A stretch of DNA of 63,713 nt, filler included, from Dugesia japonica (GCA_001938525.1; 6 parts of 6 records of this genome joined end to end with filler, not necessarily neighbours in it); one strand, 5' to 3'. Shown: positions 1 to 12,713, numbered from the whole stretch's first letter. Numbers and translations are program-made. The notes: generated by a model from the letters alone, not told the origin.

Positions 1-2475
1 CTTGTCTGGGACTAAAGAAAATGGGATAAACCCGAGATTTTTTGACAATTTTTGAAAGTTTTTTCTTCTCGAATAATTTTTTCACCGAATAAATTCCTAA
101 ATAAAAAGCCTAAAAAATTTTCCCAACTAAATACATTAGAAAAATTTAAAAACAGTTAATCCTATTACACAAATTTTCACCGATGAAGTTCGAATATCAT
201 TAACAGAACTTCATTTAATTTATTAGGTGATTACGTAATGAGACAAGCCTCTATTGACCAGATGTGATTTATTTTATTCGATAAATGATAAAGTCTATTA
301 CAATTTGAGTTCAATAGGATTTCAACATAAAAATGAGAGTTTTATCTTGTACAATATAAGTATTGCTTTCAATAAAATCCTTCACTAGTTGCCTTCATCT
401 TTTCTTGCTTCTTGGTTCCTTCCTTGTTAATTAGCAAATCTGCGTGCTATTTGGTTTTGATGGGTTTATTTTTCTTTTAAATACCCAATTATCAGTCAGT
501 AAAATCAATCTTTTGACTATAACTTATACATTTTTATATGGTTTCATTAGTGACAAAATGAGTTTCAACATCGGAAAATAATGATTCCTCATAGGAAAAC
601 TATAGAATACGGAAGTTAAATCCGGTAAATTTTATTAAATTTAAAATTTTAATTAATTGCGGTAATATGGTTCTTATGCATTTAATTTGGATTAAGGTTT
701 AAATAATATGAATGATGCATGTATTTTAATTAAAATTAATAGTTAATTATATTAACATTTTTAATAAATCTTGTTTAAATTCATTGTTTGAATTGAATGT
801 TAACATTTCAAATTGCAAAATTTTATTGGACTTGGTTTAAAAATTACAAATACAAAATATAGACTATGTTTTAAAATATGTGTAAATATTCTTTAGGTTA
901 CTTAGAATTTTAATAAAATTATTTGAATGTTTAATAAATATACGAAGTTCCATAACCTTTATTGGATTTCATTAGATTTTCATCAACCATCAAACTGGAA
1001 CAATAAATAACATGAATTATGTTCCAGATTTTAAGAATTATATGAAAAATGTAATGAAATCAGGTAGGATTTATTAATTTTATAAAATGTTCACCTTTTA
1101 TTTTAATTATTAATAAAAACGTATGCATTTAATTTAATTTAACTTGTGAAATTTGATTTTATATGACTTTATTTATGATTTTATTGTTTCCTTTACGATT
1201 AATTTGAAACAATGATGATGATTTAAATTTTGATGATAAGTTTAATAAATACAGTTAATTTATTACAAATTGAATGTTTTAAATTTAAATTTTATACTTA
1301 AAAATTTAATCAGAGAACAACTAATATAAATTACTTGATTTTTCAATTTATTTAATCAAGGATAAAGATTGTTCATTTATAACCATGTTTTTTTACTTAA
1401 CATAAAATTCTCTATCGAATAGATACTTTGATGATCAAATTTAAGTTCCTTTTTATTTTTTCAAAATTAGATATTTTGATTAGAGACTATAATTATTAGT
1501 GATTGCAACGCATAATAACTACTTATTTTTAATTTATTTCATAGGGATAAAGTTTGATTATTTTTATCCGTATCTTTCCAAATTATTTATTGGATATATG
1601 GCCGAATCAGTAGTGTGTTTGATTCCTGTGAATGACCATTTAATTTTCTGATTTATCAGTTTCCCATAAGATTTGTTTATTTTATGTGATTATATTCAGA
1701 ATTAGTGAAAGATTCTCTATCTAAAAGACCCATTGATGTTCAAATTTAAGTTACTTTATTTTTTCAAAATTCAATGGTTTATCGTTGCATACTACCATTG
1801 TCCGGTCTGCAACCAATTATATGTTCTTGTTTTTATTTTATTTCATCAATAATTAAGTTTGATTATTTTTATCTTATTAATAATGACATTTGAAAATTAT
1901 TAAATTACTTTATTACTTTTGTAGCAGTTCTTTTACAGTTCATCAGTGGTGGTTCGATTCCTATGAGTGACTATTTCTTTTTTTCACTTTGTATTTTTTA
2001 ATATAATCTTTAATCTAAAAGGTTTGATGATTTTAGGTTTACATATTTGAAATCAGTGAAAGATTCTCTATCGAATTGATCCCGTTTTGACTAATTTTGA
2101 GATGCTTTTTCAATTTTCGAAAAAAAGTTACCAAATTCGAGAGAACAGCTGAATATCTTCGTTAGGAAGCCTTTTTGCTCAGACGATATTTTAACTTTGT
2201 ACAGTCACGTTTCCCTGCTGAATAAAATAATACTACATTTGAAATCACACGAGTAATGTACGCTGAGAAAATTGAGCATCAAAAATCAAAATTGGAGATT
2301 TTTCATTACAAAACTACATTTATTTCATCCTGGATAATTATTTTAAAAATTATTTTAAAAATTCTTAAAATAAAAATTAAAATCCATAATAAAAATAAAC
2401 TAATAAAATTTCGATAAAATCTAAAGAATTGAGTAACAAAGATCTATTGCATTGAATATATCAAGAAGTTATCAT

Positions 2476-2509
2476 GTTCCTGAAGAAGACTATTGTCGAA
2501 AATTTGAAC
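2476..2509 (+). ncRNA. Minimal type I hammerhead ribozyme, Penelope-like element terminal-repeat type
   Basis: GTTC-CTGAAGA-A-GAC TATT GTC-GAAA-AT-TT-GAAC: core boxes CUGANGA and GAAA, 3-bp stem II, 2-nt palindromic stem III, UH triplet, stem I GTTC/GAAC. Confidence 0.65.
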
Positions 2510-2666
2510 CTTTTATACAAATACATTTTATTTTGAACGAACCTTTTTCTTTATTTTAATGAAATCTCAAATGCGATCAATGGTTAAGTCCAACAATTAT
2601 TCTCACAATAAATGTAATTATAAAAATAATACTTTTAATTTTTATAATCTAAATATTTAATTTTAG

Positions 2667-2757
2667 GAATTAAACATTGAAGGAAATTTATTTGTTATCA
2701 ATATGGCATTTGCTGATTTAATAATAACAGGCTTTGTCGAACCAATGCATATTGTTG
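2667..2757 (+). CDS. Internal exon of a rhodopsin-family (class A) GPCR, ICL1-TM2, melatonin-receptor-like
   Basis: ttttag acceptor (AG 2665-2666) and gtaaat donor (2758) bracket ELNIEGNLFVINMAFADLIITGFVEPMHIVG, which contains the class A TM2 NxF..xAxAD motif. No other exons identified. Confidence 0.7.
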
Positions 2758-3091
2758 GTAAATATTTTATTTTTTTTAGTAAAACCAAATTTTTATTGAA
2801 TTAAAATAAACAATTTACCGTAAAAGAGGAACATGGTATCGCATAAGACAAAAATATTTATAAATGAAAATTATTCCACATCTTCCTTATTATAATTTTT
2901 AATTTAAACATTTTTTACAAATCTTATATTGATTAGGTTTGAATTATTTTAATTGACGATACCTTACTTATCTAGACTGAAAAGATTTGTCATTATTCAT
3001 TTGGTTTTGTTGTTTTCTCTGTAAATCCGATTTATTGGGTAATTATAATTATTTGCTATAGCATGTAGATAATAATGAACTAGATCTGTTC

Positions 3092-6000
3092 AGTAGATAG
3101 ATCTTAATAGTTACCTATTAACCTTTCTAAAATCACAAAATCCTGTGTAAAAGAGCGTGAAAATAATTCTAAAATTTACTAGAACATTTTCAAAATCATT
3201 GACAATTTACATGAACTTTTAAAACTAGTCAAAATTTCCAAACTTTTCTAATGTTGGTTAAAATTTACAGTAACTTTTTAATCATCATTGAAATCATTAA
3301 TCATAACATTTCTAAAGTTACTTAAAATTTACATAAACTTTTATGTAATAATGACTCTAATACTGACAAGTGACTAGATACAATCTACCAATTGTTCACT
3401 CAATCAATTGCACTTTGATTGTACTATCAATCAAACCAAATAATTCCGTCAATTTTTCACAAATTGTCCACCTTAATATAATAAAATCTTTTGAAAATAT
3501 AGGTTCATTTCAACTAATGTACATTAGTCACCTATTAATCATATTTAGTATAATATTAGTTATCATAAGATTTAAGTCATAGTACAAAACTCTCGCTATC
3601 ATTAAGTTTTAACATACATAATATTCGTTATCAACAGCTCTTAACATATACAATACTCGCTATTGTCAAGTATAATTACGTAATACTCGATATAAATGAG
3701 TAATAACATACACAATGCTCGTTATCAACAGCTATTAACATATATAGTTCTCACCATAATTAAGTGTTAACATACACAATAATCTCTATCGTCATTTACC
3801 TATTAATTATTCAGTTAATGGTTTAATCTGTTCATAGCTTATTTCATATACTCAACTCTATTATTCACACTGAATATATGTATACTTTACAACTAATAAC
3901 TCGAATAAACCGATTAATATTCACCATAATATAGTAATATCTCTAAAACAATTTATTTGTAATGTGTTTATTAATCAATTTATCACTAACTTGGAACTTA
4001 AATTTATTCAGTCATTAAACTTTTATCCGATTAAACCTATTATTTGCCTTTAAAATCAATTAATTTATTCATTTAAATATTTTTTTAAATTAATTAATTT
4101 TAAGTTAAATCTTCAAAGAAATTTATTTAAATTAAAATTATAATCAAATCAATAACTATTTGAGTAACTAATTTGATTCATTGAACTTAATTTTGAAATT
4201 ATTCTTATTTATTGTAATATCCTCATTGAAAATAAAAAAAATGATCCTTATTTATTTTAGTATTTACTGAATGTTAAACCATAAATTGTAAAGATTTGTC
4301 CTTTATATAATTGTAAAAGTTTCAATTTTATAAAGTAGTATCAATAATAAGCATCTATTTGTGAAAAGGCTGTTATTTTCACTTCTTATTAAAAATATCT
4401 AAATATTAATGTATTTCACACCTAAAATTTAAGTTTGAAATATTTATAATAAATAATTACAAATTATTTCATTGATTCAATCTTAATAAAATTTCATATT
4501 ATAAATCAAATTTCTATTAGATTTTTACGATAAAAATAGAACAATTTATTAAAAATACACGAAATATATTTTAATTTCAAATTACAAGTAAAACATATAG
4601 AACAGATTATATAATTAAATACTAATTAAACAGTAAATTTACTACTAGTGCAGAGTAAAGACCTGTAAAGAGTGAGAAACCCATTGATAACTAAAACTCA
4701 TTGCACAGTAAGCAGAACACTGATAACTGAACTCTAGTGGTCAGAGCATTGATGGCTAAAGAATAATGAAGAGTAAATTATCATCTAAAATAGTCAAAAC
4801 CACCCGAAAATAGATAGAATGGAATAAATCATCATCTATTTTTATATTCCTCGAAACTCCCAAATTAAGTATTTGTTTTTTCAATATAACATTTTATATA
4901 TAATATTTGGTGATTTTTAACCGTGTTATTCTTACTAACCGTAAATTTTCCTATCGTATAGTATAAATTTTGATAAATTTTGAGATAACTTTTAATTTTA
5001 AATAATTATTGAGAATTAAAAACTTTTAACTTTTTTAAAAATAATTTATTTTCACAAATTTCTACCGTATATATTCTTGAGCAGTAAAACATTCTTTATC
5101 TAATAGTACTTGTACTATTAAATGTGAATGAAAATTATAAAAAATAATTTTTTATTTTTGTCAATTAAGAATCCTCGGGATTTTTGACCATGTTTTTTCA
5201 AGTTTTCTCTATCAAATTCAGTTTGGTGATTTTAAGTGATGGTTTTTTTGATCGGTGAAAAAAATCTCTATCGAATAATGTATGTTTTGTTACGGTTTGA
5301 GAAGAAAGATTTTAAAAATTTGTCAAACATTCTAGGTTTTATCCCATTTTTCTACAGCTCCAGACAAGATTTAGTGATTTTTAAAATAGGTCAGTCATGA
5401 TCATCTTAAAATCCTCTATCGAATAGAATACGTTATAATTAAATTCCAGTTACCCATTTTTAAATTAATTTTTTCCTCGGGACTCCCTAATTAAGTACTT
5501 GTTTTTTCTATATAACTTTTTATGTATAAGGTTTGTTGATTTTTAATTATGTTATTAAAACTCACCGTAAACCTTCCTATTCAAAAGTATCAATTTTGAT
5601 AAATTTTGAAGTACTTTTGATTTTTTCGAAAAGTTTCACCAAAATCCGGGAGGTAGCAGTACATATTCGTTAGGAAGCATTTGTCCCAAGACGATATTTT
5701 AACTTTACACAGTCACTTCCTCCTGAATAAAATAATACCAAATTTATAACCATACGAGTTATGTACAGAGAGAAAATTGAGTACAAAAATTCAAATTCTC
5801 AGGTTTTTTCACTACAAAATCTCATTTATTTCATTAAGTACTTTTTAAAAACTTGAAAATACAAACAAATTCACCTTTTCACATGAATTTCCCATAAATT
5901 CCATCTAAACCAGCTAGCCCTAAATATTATCATTCAAATTCTCCAAAAACTTACCCTTGTAAGAAAATAAATGACCAAATAGTCCAAAATTAAACAAAAC

Positions 6001-6814
6001 AGACTAATGTGAGAAAAATTCAACATATATTACCTAAAGCGGGTAAATAATTGACCAAACAGTCCAAAACTGACCTAAATTCATATTTTCTGATAAAATA
6101 ATTCACTTGAACCAACAAAAAGTAGACCTTATTTGACCTCACCGAGCAAACTTTGGACAAAAAACCCTTAAAACCAATCAAAAATCGACCTCATCGAGTA
6201 AATTCCTAACAAAATCGCCCCAAAAATATCTAAAACCGACCAATTTTGTTCAAAATGACCAATCCCGAGGAAATAATTGACCAAATCGTAAAACAAATTA
6301 ACAAATTTTTCCAGTCCCGAGAAAACATTCGACTAAATTCACCTGAACCAACCAAAAATTGACCTTTTTCGACCTCACTGAGGAAACTTTTAACAAAAAC
6401 CATCTATAACCAATCAAAAAATGACCTCTTGGACCTTAATGAATAAATTCCAAACTTAATAGCCTAAAAAAATATTGCTGCTTAAAAAACCTGAAAACTT
6501 TTCCCAATTTTGCCGCAAAATAAGCTTGAAAAATTTTCCCAACTTAAACCACAGGAAAATGTATAGCAATTTAATCCTATTACGTAAAAATCTCGACGAT
6601 GAAATTATTCTTATGACATCATTTGGGTGCAAAAAAAATTTCCAACTTAATACACTAGAAAATATAGGGCAACTTAATACCATTTCGTATTATTACCTAA
6701 TATGATATCATTTTTAAAAATTCCCAACTAAATGCATTAGGATTAAATTTCATTACGTCACGGTGGTGGGGTTACCGATTGTCTGCTGGCTAAGACTGCC
6801 ACTATCTATCTACT
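3092..6814. mobile_element. Complete non-autonomous Maverick/Polinton-type element (3723 bp)
   Basis: Perfect 11-bp terminal inverted repeat AGTAGATAGAT (3092-3102) / ATCTATCTACT (6804-6814) flanked by 6-bp direct repeat CTGTTC (3086-3091, 6815-6820). AG...CT ends with a 6-bp TSD are Polinton hallmarks. No credible ORF inside. Confidence 0.75.
3590..3795 (+). repeat. Degenerate tandem repeat, unit about 32 bp
   Basis: About six copies of taacatacacaatactcgttatcaacagct-like units. Confidence 0.7.
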
Positions 6815-6904
6815 CTGTTCAGATGCAGAAAATGCGGGGAAATCCTCCCCTCTGTAAATTGGTTTAGTTAAAAATCATTTTTTCTGAAAACCTAAGTTAA
6901 TGGA

Positions 6905-7050
6905 ATAGAGGGATACTTGCGGTCTGTACCAACACACATATAGTAACCCACCTCCACTGGATTAGTGATGTAATGTTACTTAATCCTAATGCTTTTAGTT
7001 TGGAATTTAAAAAATTATGTCCTATTAGATTATATTACGAAATGGGATAA
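6905..7050 (+). repeat. Inverted, degenerate copy of the subterminal sequence of the 3092-6814 element
   Basis: gtgatgtaatgttacttaatcctaatgcttttagtttggaa (6965 on) matches the reverse complement of 6721-6761; the match extends to 6681-6720 vs about 7008-7045. Confidence 0.7.
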
Positions 7051-7444
7051 TTTGGTATTATTTATTTTTTATTATTTTACACATAAAATTTTTTTATGTA
7101 TTTATTTTATTATTATTTATTTATTTTATTTTACAAATAAATAAAATTATATAAATAATAAATAATAAAACACATAAAGTATGTCATAAGATTAATTTCA
7201 TCGGTGAAATTTTATGTAATAGAGTCAATTGGTATAGAATTTTTCAGACTTTTTTAGCTGGCGAGCAAATTTTATGTGCTATTACATCACTTTTAATCGT
7301 GTTTTAAAAGGTTTGGTGAATTATTTTGAATATGCTAATTCTAAATTTTAATTGATTGAATACAATTTCTTTGGAAATTTAATTAATTATTTAATTTGAA
7401 AGGTAAATATTAGGTTCATGTATAATTGGTTAGAATTTTAATAA

Positions 7445-7640
7445 ATGAAAGAATACATTTATATTACAAATTGATGATTAATAGGTGAATAAACAAATTA
7501 GAAATCTAGTTTTAAAGAAAAGTTTTATATTAAGATGAAAATATGAAATGATTAATCGTTTATTGGTTTGTAAAAATGATATGGATACGAAAACCAAGTT
7601 GGATATAAGCATTCCGAATAATCAATCAAGACAAACATTA
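7445..7640 (+). pseudogene. Possible Polinton integrase C-terminal remnant
   Basis: Degenerate YYKL..GE and FVK*YGY segments resemble the Y.L.D..GE.I.G.FY and VKW.GY (chromodomain) motifs; lies directly upstream of a penton gene. Confidence 0.3.
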
Positions 7641-7703
7641 CGATGAAATCAAGTAATTTCTATACACTTTTACCTAGTAATAGTAGTTCATCAGTTCATT
7701 TAA

Positions 7704-10031
7704 CCCTTAACCGCCCAGTAGTGTCTCAGAGACATTGTTTAAATTTCGTTTTCATAGTACATCTAAAGTTTTGAATGTATACAAAGTAAACTTCATCTAA
7801 TTTATCACTATAGTCTTGTCAACCAAAATTACTAATTGAATTCATTCAAATCAAATTATTAGTTTAGCAATTATTAAAAGGTCATAAATGTAACACAAAG
7901 ACCCAGTTGTGCATGATAGACACAACATAGAGTATTATAAGGTTAACAGTAATAAAATAACCTTGGTTATGTAGTTTACTTACACAAATAATTATAAATA
8001 TAATTTCAATAAATTCGAAAAATATTGTAAAAAAAATATAAGTCAAATCTTATTACTTAACATCAAATAATATAGACATTTAGAAATTATTAATAATATG
8101 GTTGTAACTGAGAAGGAGCTGCTAATTGTATTACAGAACTTAAATCATGATGANAATTCTGACAGTGACAACCAAGATTTTATCCCAGAAGTAGAAAGTG
8201 AGATTGAAGACAATTTTACAGAGGTTGGATCAGAGAAAAGTGATGAACAGACATGTAGTGACAATGAATATTTCCCAACAGAAGAGAAACATGTTTCAAA
8301 ATCAATTGTCCAATATTTAGGTAAGGACAAAACTATTTGGAATGCGGAACCACCAATACCTAAACGAACTCCCATTCATAATATAATCAAGGGTAGTATT
8401 AATATGGTTATCATTCCACCAGGAAAAATAGTTTGTGACACAATCGATATGTTTAATCTATTCATTGACCAAAGCTTTCTGGAAATAATAGTGAAGCATA
8501 AAAATGAAGAAGCCAAGAAAGTATTGAAAAATAAATGAAAACAAATAGATGCCATTTTATGGTTTATTAATTGCTAGTGCTGTCAACAAACAGAATAATT
8601 TGGATTTCACAGAATATTGGGATTTAATGTTTGGTTGTCCTAATTTTCGTGCTACAATGAGTTAAAATAGATTTGAGGATATCCAACGTTTTTAAGATTC
8701 GATAATAAAGCTACAAGGTCTCAAAGAAGATCAAAAGATGAATTGGCGCCTATCAGAGATCTTTGGACCGATATCAATATTAAGTTTCAAAAGTTCTATT
8801 TAACTGGTGAAAACTTAAAGATTGACGAACAACTTATTCCTTTCAAAGGCAGAGTATCATTTAAACAATACTTGACATCTAAGCGTGACAAGTATGGTAT
8901 GAATGTATGGTGGATTTGTGATAGTGAAACAAATTATCATCTTGCTGGTTTACCATACCTTGGAAAACTTGAACAGAGTAAGACAGAAAATTTAGCTCAT
9001 CATGTTGTACTTACATTATGTGAACCTTATTATGGAACGCATAGAAATATTACATTTGATAACTATTTTACAAGCTTTGAGGTTGCACAATCATTACTTC
9101 ANNNNNNNNNNNNNNNNNNNNNNNNNNNNNNNNNNNNNNNNNNNNNNNNNNTAGAAATATTACATTTGATAACTATTTTACAAGCTTTGAGGTTGCACAA
9201 TCATTACTTCACAATGGTCTGACAACGGTCGGTACTCTTAGAAAAATAAACGCTGTATTTCAGACAATTTTCAGCCAATTAGAGGACAAAATATTGAAAC
9301 TAATATCTTTGGATTCTGCCAAAAATGGCCTTAGTTTCATATTTATTAAAAAAGAACAGAGCTGTTATTTTGTTATATACTATGCACCATAGCAAACAAT
9401 TTGACGCTAACAACAAAAATAAATCGAAACTAATATTTATTATAATCAAACAAAAGGTGGTGTTGATACAATGGATCAGTTAGCACATGAATACACAACT
9501 CGGCGCAAAACATATAGATGGCCCGTAGCGTTTTTCCAAAACATGCTTCATATTATTGGGATTGCATCTTTTGTAATATGGAAAAAAGTGTATCCTAGAT
9601 GGAAAGAAATAAAGAAAAATGCACAAAGAAAACTTTTTCTACGAGAAATAGCAGCCGAATTAGTCAGTCCTCACATTCAGAGACGAGGGAAAAAGAGTTA
9701 ACTGAGTTCCACTTGAAAGCCATGTTGGATATTGCAAGTACAAGTCAACAGCAGTTTAAAGATTCAATCGTAAAAGAATCCGCAGTAAAAAGAAAAAGGT
9801 GTCACATAAGTCAGTGTAAAATTGCAAGGAATTCAAAACAATGTTGCAATACATGTATTCAAAATGTTTGCCTTGAACATTCTACAAAACAAATTCAATG
9901 CAAACATTGTTCTTCTCTGTAATAAAAATAAATTTTTTTATTATTTGTTATAATTTAAAAGATTTTATATGTAGTGTCTGTCAGACACTACTGGGTGGTT
10001 TTGGTACAAAAGCTTTCTGGGCGGTTAAGGG
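7704..10031 (+). mobile_element. Full-length piggyBac DNA transposon (2328 bp)
   Basis: TTAA TSDs at 7700-7703 and 10032-10035; perfect 15-bp TIR CCCTTAACCGCCCAG / CTGGGCGGTTAAGGG; subterminal inverted repeat 7711-7734 vs 9975-9998. Confidence 0.96.
8098..9922 (+). pseudogene. piggyBac transposase, disrupted
   Basis: Acidic N-terminus, IDEQL, TFDNYFTS and GGVDTMDQ (DDD triad), RWPVAFF, C-terminal Cys-rich domain KRKRCH...CNTC..VCLEH..CKHC. Several stops and frameshifts. Confidence 0.93.
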
Positions 10032-10388
10032 TTAAATAATGCTGCTAGTAATTACATTGTTGAGCTTCAAAATACAATTTACATGGATGGTAGTTGGAAA
10101 GTAGCTATTTCACTTTTTATATTCAACAATGCCAATTTATATTTAATCTAGAATTGAATATGTATTATTTAAACTAATTTAGAAGGAACTAATACTTGAT
10201 GTTAACAACAAAGAAAAAAACAGTGGTTTTAACTGTTAATTCTCTAGATAAATATAAAGATTATACAGAAACCGATAATCAACTTTGCTGAAGACTCAAA
10301 AAACTCATTTGACGTTACATTTTAGAAAGATTAACATTAAATATTGATATTGTTTCATGCAAATAGTCAATTAAGAAGATATTTTCAC

Positions 10389-10800
10389 ATGAAATCAAAT
10401 AATTTCTATACACTTTTACCTTGCTATAAAACTATACTATTTCATCTAAATAATACTGCTAATAATTATATTGTTGAGCTTTAAAATTTTATTTCTCATG
10501 GATAGCAATTGGGAAGTAGACATGATGAATTTCAATTTTGTATATTCTGACATGCTGATGTACAGTCAATATGGGATTGAATATGTATTTTTTAAACTAA
10601 TTGAGAAAGAACTAATAATCGATGTTAACCACAAAGAAAAAACATTGCTCTTAACAGTTAATTCTCAAGATAAATATACAAATATTACGAAAACAGATAT
10701 ACATTTAAAATACAAATATATGATATTATTTAGTAATGACAATAAATTACACAGTTTATCATTTGATACTTTAGAAAATTCAGAGAAATTTTCAAAAGGT
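10389..10800 (+). pseudogene. Second tandem Polinton penton copy, truncated
   Basis: atgaaatcaaataatttctatacacttttacctt... is a diverged paralog of 7643-7699 + 10036-10260 without the piggyBac; contains MDSNWEV. Confidence 0.65.
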
Positions 10801-10809
10801 AAAGCTCAA

Positions 10810-12295
10810 ATCTTCCCCGTTCGATATGGCGTAAGCCATTCAATATTTTGAAAAATTTCATTACCATCATTTTTTAAAATTTTATAGCTCCTATTGTGTA
10901 GTTTATCAATTATAGTGTAAGAACCATCATATCGTTATTCTTTTTTATTTCTAACAGCAATTTTACTCCAAACACTGTCACAAATTTTAAAACTCCTTTC
11001 TGTATTATTATGCATTTGATTTGATATATCCTCATTGGTTAGAAATTTATCTGAGCTTTCAAATCTAACTATATATTTATACTTAGCTTTGTTTCCAAAA
11101 TTTATTTCTGCAGGACTTATTTTAGTACTTTTATGCATTGTTGAATTCATAGTAAATTTCATTTGAGGTAAACATTCTTCCCAATTTCTGAATAATCTAT
11201 CTTAGATACAGCAATATATCCAGTCTGTTCGCAATACAATTTTTTTCTGTATAAATAGTGCTTAAAGTGTTGAGTAAAGTTAAATACTGAAAGTAATTCT
11301 TTTCTCGTAATGCAGTATCCAACTTCCTTTTTTGACATACTTTTTCAACCGTAAGCAATGACTCTTTCTCTTTCAAAATTATCTTTTTGGGACAATACAG
11401 CACCAATACTGTCAAAACTTGCGTCCGTATCTAGAATAAATTCACGACTGAAATCAGGATGACATAATATAGGAGCCTTTGACATTTTCTCTTTCATTTT
11501 CTCAAATGCAATTTCACATTAAGATGTCCAAATGCTTTTCTTTTCTTTCGTACTTAATAAAGAGTCTGGTGGTTTTGCTAGCTGATAATATTCTTCAATG
11601 AATTTCTTATGGTAATTAGCTACACCTTAAAAGCTTCTGACGTGTTTAACGCAACACGGTTTTAAAATGTCGTTATAGATTCCACCTTATCATTATCAGT
11701 CAATATTCCATCAGTATTAATTATGTGACCTAAAAGTTTTATTTCAGATGCCAGAAATTTACATTTTTCAAAATTAATTCTTAAATTAGATTTAGATATC
11801 CTTGTAAAAAGCTTGTCCAAAATTAAAATATGGTCATCAATTGTTTTCGAAAAAATTAAAATATCATCCAGATAGACCAAACTTTCTTTCCAATTCATGT
11901 CTCCTATAATAATTGTAATTAACCTCTGAAATGTAGATGGAGCGGTGGGTATTCTAAATGGCATTCTATTATAATAATATTGCCCATATTTTGTAGAGAA
12001 TGCTGTTTTTATTTTTTATTCATCATCCAATTCAACTTTAAAATATGCATTTCCAAGATCTATTGATGAAAATTACTTAGCTCTATATAGTGAATCTAAC
12101 ATTTCGTTCACATTCGGAATATGGAATGCAGGTCTAACTGTATGCTTATTTAACAACCGAAAATCCAAGCACATTCTAATTTTGGCTGAATTCTTCTTTT
12201 GAATACATACAATTCGAAAATTCCATGGAGATTCACATTTCGATATTATTTTATTTTCTTCCCAATTCTTAATAATGTCCTTAATTTTCTCATTC
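10810..12295 (-). mobile_element. Ty3/gypsy pol remnant (RT, RNase H, integrase C-terminus)
   Basis: Minus strand: SPWNF, RMCLDFRLLN, MPF..PTAPSTFQR, VYLDDILIFS, ILDTDAS, RKELL, W...LP..KF.MN...H.ST.ISPAEI; purine tract GGGGAAGA near 10811-10818. Confidence 0.9.
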
Positions 12296-12398
12296 TAATT
12301 GTAAAAATAGATGTTATTTAGTCGCATTAATTGTAATCGGCAGTTTTTTAAAATATATTTGGTTTTGTGTAGCTACTTCTTTTTAGTTATAAAACAAC

Positions 12399-12611
12399 AT
12401 GGCGTCAAGAGCAGTTTTGGAAATATTTATCAAATTCCTTCAAGGAAATACGAATTTCCAGAAACAATTCCAAATAAATGAAAATATTCATGATCATATA
12501 TCGGAGATGGAGAAGTTTTTTAGAGATCAAAACATTGCTAACCCAACTGAAAAATCTGAAAAATTGATGAACAGTTTGGAAGAAAATGCAAGGTTAGAAT
12601 TAAGATCAATT
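12399..12611 (+). mobile_element. Retrotransposon gag N-terminal fragment
   Basis: FQINENIHDHISEMEKFF...EKSEKLMNSLEENARLEL resembles a Gag capsid region; cut by the contig end. Confidence 0.45.
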
Positions 12612-12711
12612 NNNNNNNNNNNNNNNNNNNNNNNNNNNNNNNNNNNNNNNNNNNNTTAATTAATTAANNNNNNNNNNNNNNNNNNNNNNNNNNNNNNNNN
12701 NNNNNNNNNNN
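12612..12711. other. Artificial contig spacer (44N-TTAATTAATTAA-44N); identical spacers at 22187-22286, 31320-31419, 43353-43452 and 55273-55372
   Basis: Identical 100-nt construct five times; the 12-mer gives stop codons in all six frames. Confidence 0.97.
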
Positions 12712-12713
12712 AA

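Larger units (their letters stand above)
7643..10347 (+). pseudogene. Polinton minor capsid (penton) gene split by piggyBac
   Basis: Removing the piggyBac and one TTAA restores MKSSNFYTLLPSNSSSSVHLNNAASNYIVELQNTIYMDGSWKVAIS (penton N-terminal LPSNSS..N..S.Y.V.L...G.W.VA motif). C-terminal INFAEDSK.HLTLHFRK at about 10277-10330. Internally deleted. Confidence 0.75.

Noticed and set aside
9042-9211. Duplication inside the piggyBac transposase
   Set aside because: Same gap-flanking overlap artefact.
12612-12711. Recurrent TTAATTAATTAA palindrome between N runs
   Set aside because: Fixed-format assembly linker, not biological; no synteny is claimed across it.
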